Assembly (NCBI RefSeq): GCF_040938485.1
Contig: NW_027271005.1
Coordinates: 1-64,000, forward strand
Origin: Diadema antillarum
Lineage: Eukaryota
Direction of reading: 5' to 3'
Length of the DNA: 64,000 bases
Shown: one piece after another, positions 58,001 through 64,000 of the stretch
Position numbering within the stretch: the first letter of the stretch is position 1
How the letters are laid out: every line of letters begins with the position of its first letter
The notes under the pieces: model-generated
Told to the model about the DNA's origin: nothing
Databases searched by the model: none
What the model saw: only the letters and a program-made list of their open reading frames with translations
Translations under genes and position numbers: made by a program

Positions 58001-61000
58001 AATTGAGAAAAATGAAAAATCATTAACAGTGTAGGATTTATCTCTGGCAAGAAGAATAAATAGGAGTTTATGCTTGTTTTATCTCTCTGCTCCCCCATCA
58101 CAAGTACAATTTTCAAGGAATTTTGTCATCCAAACAGGTGGACTTTTGATTAACTCTCAAAAAATAGCACAGAATTGCGGCTAATAAAACAGACACACTG
58201 GTTCTGCAAGAGCGAAAGATTTGCTCATTAATATTCAGAACGTATCAAAGGTCAGTAAAGGGTCACACTGCTCACAAATATACCAGTCTCACATGAACAA
58301 TGCTGGTGACGTTATATGAACGTAATTACTACTCTGTGATACATAAAATAATAGCATTATTACTGGTTCTCAAGTTGTTGCTGTTTTTTTTTTCCTCTTC
58401 ATTTATGACATCATCACATGGGATGCATTACATTTCTGCATTTTGTGGTACATGATTTTTCCTGACTTGCTAGGAGATTGGAGGAAAAAAAAAATTGCAT
58501 AATTAGAACACAGATTTCACATTAAAAAAGTTAAAAAGCCTGAATCTTTGCAAACCATTATTTTACAATTTCAACTGATGGGAAAGAAAGTGCAGCTTGA
58601 TAGGGATAATGGCCATTCATTCATTAAAGTCTATTGCTAGTTCACATCAAAATAGGTTCAGTTAGGGTCATTTCCTTTGCTCACATGTCAAATGCAATCA
58701 TTCGGAGGATTTTGGCAGCAGTAGTCTACACTGAATAATACAGACAGGTGCTTAGAATATGTACATGAGGCTTGCCATTTCAAATCATATAACAAAGGCA
58801 CTAGGCTAGCAGGAACTTAATCCTTTGTTTCCGGTATGATAAAAGAAAAGCATATGTCTTACAAAATAATGACCCCCGTAAAGTATAGCGCTTCCTCAAT
58901 ATACTCCAAACAAGTTCGTTATGAATAATTTTCTACTTCATGTACACCATTTTTTATATTTTTGTGGTTACAGGTAGGATTCTCAAAAAAACAATTATAC
59001 AAAGAGCTCTTGTGGCCTTTACAATATTTCCAAGAACATACAGTTAATAATATACCTTGCTCCTCTCTTATTCTTAACCTTGCATATACATATGTCATGA
59101 GAAAAAATACTGGACAGATTACATCGAGTCTTCCTCAAATATGATACAACGATAATCACAAAATATGGAACCTTTACACTTTTTTCTTTCTTTCTTTTTT
59201 TGCACAAGGTCGTCATTAGCTTTCTGGTTGTGCACCAACATTGACAAATTTGTCAGTCATGGAAAAAAGAGAAAAGCAGCATTTTGGCACAGAGAAATGG
59301 ACAGGGAGCATATGGAGTAACTTTTTTTTTGAGCTCTAGAGGTTCTTTCATGATGTCCATAGCTTTTTCACATTTAATGTACCACACCGCATGGTGAACT
59401 ATTCATTACATTACTCACAAGACTGCAAGGAAGTCATCACAATCTGTGTTCCTCCTTTGTGCATATCAACAAACAGGTATAGGTCGAACACAACTGAAAT
59501 CCCATGAATGGATTATTTGGAAAAGATTACCATCCTGTGTTTTGAGTTTATTTTCTTTTTGTCTTTTTTGTTTCCTCTTCTTCATTTAATGTCCACCATA
59601 CGTTAAATTCATCTGGGTGGATGCCGCACATGGCAAGCTTCATAATTAGTGTAGTCGTGATGATTACAGACTACATCGAGATCACTCCAATGCCAGGGGC
59701 CGCAAGATGACTAGTCTACTCCAAAGTCTCACATGCCGTACAAGCACAGGAGAAGGCGCTGTGTTTCCTCACAAGCTTGACCCCAGAAAAAGGAAGAAGA
59801 TTACTTCGGCACGACTTTGGCAAATAAACAGTTAACATCAACACTGGTGAACCATGAGGCATTAACAGTGAGCAAAAAAGTACTTGCAACAAGACCCACC
59901 CCTCCTTCCCCCAAAGCCAAAAGAAAACGTACCTCTCAGTGGCTCCCACACAGTCAAATAATGGTTGTGAAGCATTTGCCCAAACAATCCATGTACACAA
60001 AACAGGCGTTTAACCACTGCAGAAAATATGTCATCACAATTATTTGGCATTACAAAGTCTCCTAAAACTTGACCTGCTGCTCTTCGGAAAACTGTATATG
60101 CCATATATTTTATGAGGCTTTCATTTACATGAATTTTGTGAGTTGGGTGCTACCTGCGAATTTAACAACACACAAAATGATTAACTCCGATCTTGGCATG
60201 AACGCGATATGCCCGTGTACATTTCTCTGTTCATTACTGTACTTCATGATCACAAATTTAACAAATTGCAAAATTGTCAGGGAGTACCAATTCACAAAAA
60301 ACTTGACTCACTAAATATATGGCATAAACAGTATACTGTTCTATATCTAATGTGAACTCAGGATGACAATCTGTAGCAACAGGGAGAAATTGCACACTAA
60401 AGCTAAGCAGACATTTTGCAGAGTAAAGTAGCTCCTGCTAAGATACTGCATGTCCAATGACCACATTGCCAGCCACGGCTGCACTAGAAACAAATCTCTC
60501 AGAATGCAGCTGGATTTGGTACACAGCACAATGTATAAACTCTTACGAATGAATGGATAAGACTACCAGCCTGTCCTTGTGCCAGGATAACTCATTTTCA
60601 GAGATATTTAAACAATGTACGGTAGATCAGTGCCGTATTTATTCTTTCATTCCCACCTAAAAGATCACTTTGAGGAGTATCATCACTATTATTTCATATT
60701 TTTGGATATATGTCATCTACCCTCATCTCAGAACATTCTAGCTGCTTCATTCTCACTGAGACACCTGCATGAATCTGTTCCGTCTCAAAACTACTCCTGC
60801 TTTCTGCTAAATCAAAACAATTCGCATCGACCGAGAAAGACGTCTTGTGTAATACTGCCCTCTCAGACTACCACTGTTCACACTCCGCGAACGAGTACGG
60901 GGAAAATATAATGACAATGTGTCAGTGGCACAGTTCATTGTCATTGGGCGTCTTCATTCGACGTGGAATCCGGTTTCCTGCCAGGATGCATCTTTGTCGA

Positions 61001-61016
61001 CTATCTCTACGAATCG

Positions 61017-62624
61017 CTATTCCTGTTGCGCCGCGAGCTCCTTTTTGCGTCTTTTGGCGAGGAGCGGGTTGGAGGAGAGGTTGACGTCCTTGATACGGAT
61101 CATGTCATAGTCTACTCGCATCGTTGCCAGGGCGTTGGTCATCTCATCCTAAGGAAATGAGAGGGACAAAAATTTTGTTTACTACAAACTTTTTCAAAGG
61201 TATTGTTTACCATTGTAAGTAATGATTTAAAAAATTTTCAAGTTATTTCATTTGATGCATGTGTGTAGGTCAGTTGTATCACAAAACATCCTACCATATG
61301 GAAATTTTGAAATAAAACTAAAATATTAGGAGATATCACTATTTTCTCAATAAACCATAACTGTAGACGATTTATTCTAAAAACAGTTTTATCATAACTA
61401 TTGTTCATATTTTGTATACTTAACATTGATTACACTGATTAACATCTTCGCACTGGTTGTTTCTATCCCTAACTCACATATATCAGAACTACATGTATTT
61501 TGAAGTACCGAAACTGGGTTTTTGTTTCATCTCATCTGCAAATGGTAAATAATAACTTAACATATCTGCAGATCTGCCTTACGCAAGGTCCGCAAAAGTG
61601 TATTGATAATTGCTAGTACCAACAAATAGGCCTGCTTTCCCGTTTTGTTTTTGTTTTGGGGTTTTTATTTTTGTTTTTGTTTTGCTTTTTTTTCAGGTGG
61701 CTCCTGATATATTACTGAGTACTGGATAGATGGCAGAGCTTGAAATACAGATATGCAAATGTTAATCACTCTCTCCTTCTTAATCATTCTCTCCTTCTTA
61801 ATCATTTCTGATCATATTACAGTGTACATTATTTCAGATACATACTGTGAAAGCGGAAATAGTTGTGGTGTGAAAATATTTGCCTTACATGAAACTAGCA
61901 GGACAATTAAAGCATGCAAATTGCTAGCTTGATATAATGTAATACTATTTTATATTTTGATTTGGTGAAATGAATGACACATGAAACTTACTTCACATGG
62001 CCATAATTACTCTCAAGAAAAGTTTCACTATCTCAGTAAATGAAATATAAATTTGAAATATGTATTATCAAACATTTTACTTCCATGACTTCTTGAATTG
62101 CTTTTTAAAATAAAAATGTTTACAGCCATATCATGGTAACACTGACATACATTCTGGAAAATGTTATTTCCATCTCTTGTCACTTGCACTACAAGTCAAG
62201 ATGTACTACAATTTCAAGATGAAAAAAAAAAAATCACTATAAGACAACATCCACAAACATTCTTCTTCAGTTTTAAAGTCATCATTCAATTTTGTTTTTC
62301 CCCATCAATTTGGTCTAAATGTGATTCATTTTCCACCTCCTTCTATTGACAGGTATTGTGGGATGTCTTCTTTCAAAATTGACATATACATGTATAGCAA
62401 CACTGAAACATCTTCTTTTTTGTGCCTGCATTGGACACCCTCCCCCCCCCCCCCTCCCCATTTTTTTTAGAAATATGAAATATGTAATTTACAACTCAGT
62501 CTCATGTTACAGACATTAGTCTCAAACACCCGGAACCCACCTGGATGTCTGCCCATTGGTCTTGGCCTTCCTCCTTCATGACATCACTGGTGTGGAGGGG
62601 TGTGGCAGGTACATTGGTGTATTG
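61017..62624 (-). CDS. MAPKAPK2: MAP kinase-activated protein kinase 2/3, last two coding exons (62624-62541, 61148-61017); the gene continues beyond the window
   Basis: QYTNVPATPLHTSDVMKEEGQDQWADIQ|DEMTNALATMRVDYDMIRIKDVNLSSNPLLAKRRKKELAAQQE* matches the MK2 C-terminus (VPxTPLHTS phosphosite, NES, NPLLxKRRKK NLS/p38 docking); canonical phase-0 splice sites. Confidence 0.92.
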
Positions 62625-62850
62625 CTATGGCAACGAGGGAAGAAACAAACATGAAATAGAAAGTTAAGGAGTCATGTGAATCAATAAAAAAACGATAATG
62701 ATGCATACGAGGGTGACGACAAAACATCATTTTAATATGACAATGAAGATAACAATGTTAAGGACGATGAAACCAGCAAAAATAACAATGGCACTGATCA
62801 TGACAAGATCTAGTAACAATGACACAGCTACAGTGTACATACAATGCTGC

Positions 62851-62852
<2 letters not shown>

Positions 62853-62899
<47 letters not shown>
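62853..62899. repeat. (AC)n microsatellite flanked by degenerate (GAT/GGT)n tracts
   Basis: Visible directly in the sequence. Confidence 0.95.
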
Positions 62900-62901
<2 letters not shown>

Positions 62902-64000
62902 CACATAAATGACATTGACAATGAAAGTGGTGAAAGTGGTGATGGTGGTAGTAATACCAGTGATGATAGTGTTGGTAATGATGGTGATGGTGGTGGTGTC
63001 AGTGCTAGTGATGGTTGTGATTACTGGTGGTGCTACTCACAAATTACCCGCAAGAATGGATCTAATTCTTGGATGGGTACAGAGCAATCATTATCTAGAA
63101 TGTTTTATCAGCAGAGTGCTGCAATGGCTCACATACACTCAAACATGATCACTGCCATGCAATTACATTAATCTGACTAATCCTCCATAATGATATCTAC
63201 CTCTAAACTTATTAATACCACGGGTGAATCACGCAATACCGTAATGAAGACTCACAGACAAATTCCTGCAGTAAAAGCTTGAGAGCTGACTGTAACAACG
63301 CCATCCCTTGTTGAACTCCCCTCTCACCCCCCCCCCCCCCCCCCCCCACTAATCAACATTCCAATACACCAATCTGTTCAGCTCATCAGGAGTGAGCAAG
63401 TCCCCTTCCCCTATTAAAGAAATTTGCCATGCCAGAGCACGCCAATACGAGAGGCAATTAAAAAAATAAAAAGACCTACGACAAGCCTGTGGGGTCTTAT
63501 GACACATGATCTGTCTGCCGCGAGAGTGACCCTGCACCATGTTTGTACTGCGGCTTGTCATATGCCTCTGTCGGTCATCTATCGCAATATATTGCGCGAA
63601 CCCAGCAGTCCACTCTGCAGTAAGGGTAGGGGGAGATTGAGTATGTTGCCCTTGCCCCGTTGGGGGTGTATAAATCATGGGCTGTACTTCCAGCTAGAAG
63701 TGGCAATAATTCTCGATCCCGGCGCATGGCGATGGGCATATAAACGAACAATTTGTAGTGGCCACAGCCATAAACATATCAGATCTCCAAGATTAAAGCA
63801 CAACAACCAAAGAAGACATCAACCAAGTGTATATCTAAGGGACTAGAAGGCACCTAATGCTTTCATATGAATGAAGTATGGCTACAGACGGTGATCTTTC
63901 CACAGTAAGAACATCCATTTTAATCACACAAATCTATTCCATGGCAGGAACCTGTAGTTCTGAACTTGTTACCCAACAGAATGTCACATGCTAAAACACT

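Noticed and set aside
62698-63171. 157-aa His/Thr/Gly/Asp-rich ORF
   Set aside because: Produced by (AC)n and (GAT/GGT)n microsatellites in a MAPKAPK2 intron.

Overview
AT-rich, intron-containing animal (probably marine invertebrate) genomic DNA. It holds three host genes: an 8-exon HEMK1 (PrmC-type methyltransferase, 345-7451, +), a 3-exon TMEM167B/kish-B (43423-50343, +) and the last two coding exons of MAPKAPK2/3 (61017-62624, -; gene continues past the window). Between HEMK1 and a CpG-rich region at ~32.5 kb lies a dense cluster of broken transposon fragments: Gypsy, THAP, PIF/Harbinger, DIRS, P-like, MULE-like, Tc1/mariner DD41D, a TatD-carrying LTR-like end and a Helitron-type viral-tegument-like deubiquitinase. 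All 13 recognisable coding remnants lie on the minus strand, an arrangement resembling a uni-strand (flamenco-type) piRNA cluster. Intron 2 of kish-B contains an apparently intact DIRS1-like tyrosine-recombinase retrotransposon with full ITR/ICR structure, an HIV-like U UUU UUA -1 frameshift signal and a candidate gag-to-recombinase splice. Several DINE-1/HINE-like non-autonomous Helentron elements and MITEs are scattered across the window. All assignments come from motif recognition by eye; no database searches were run.
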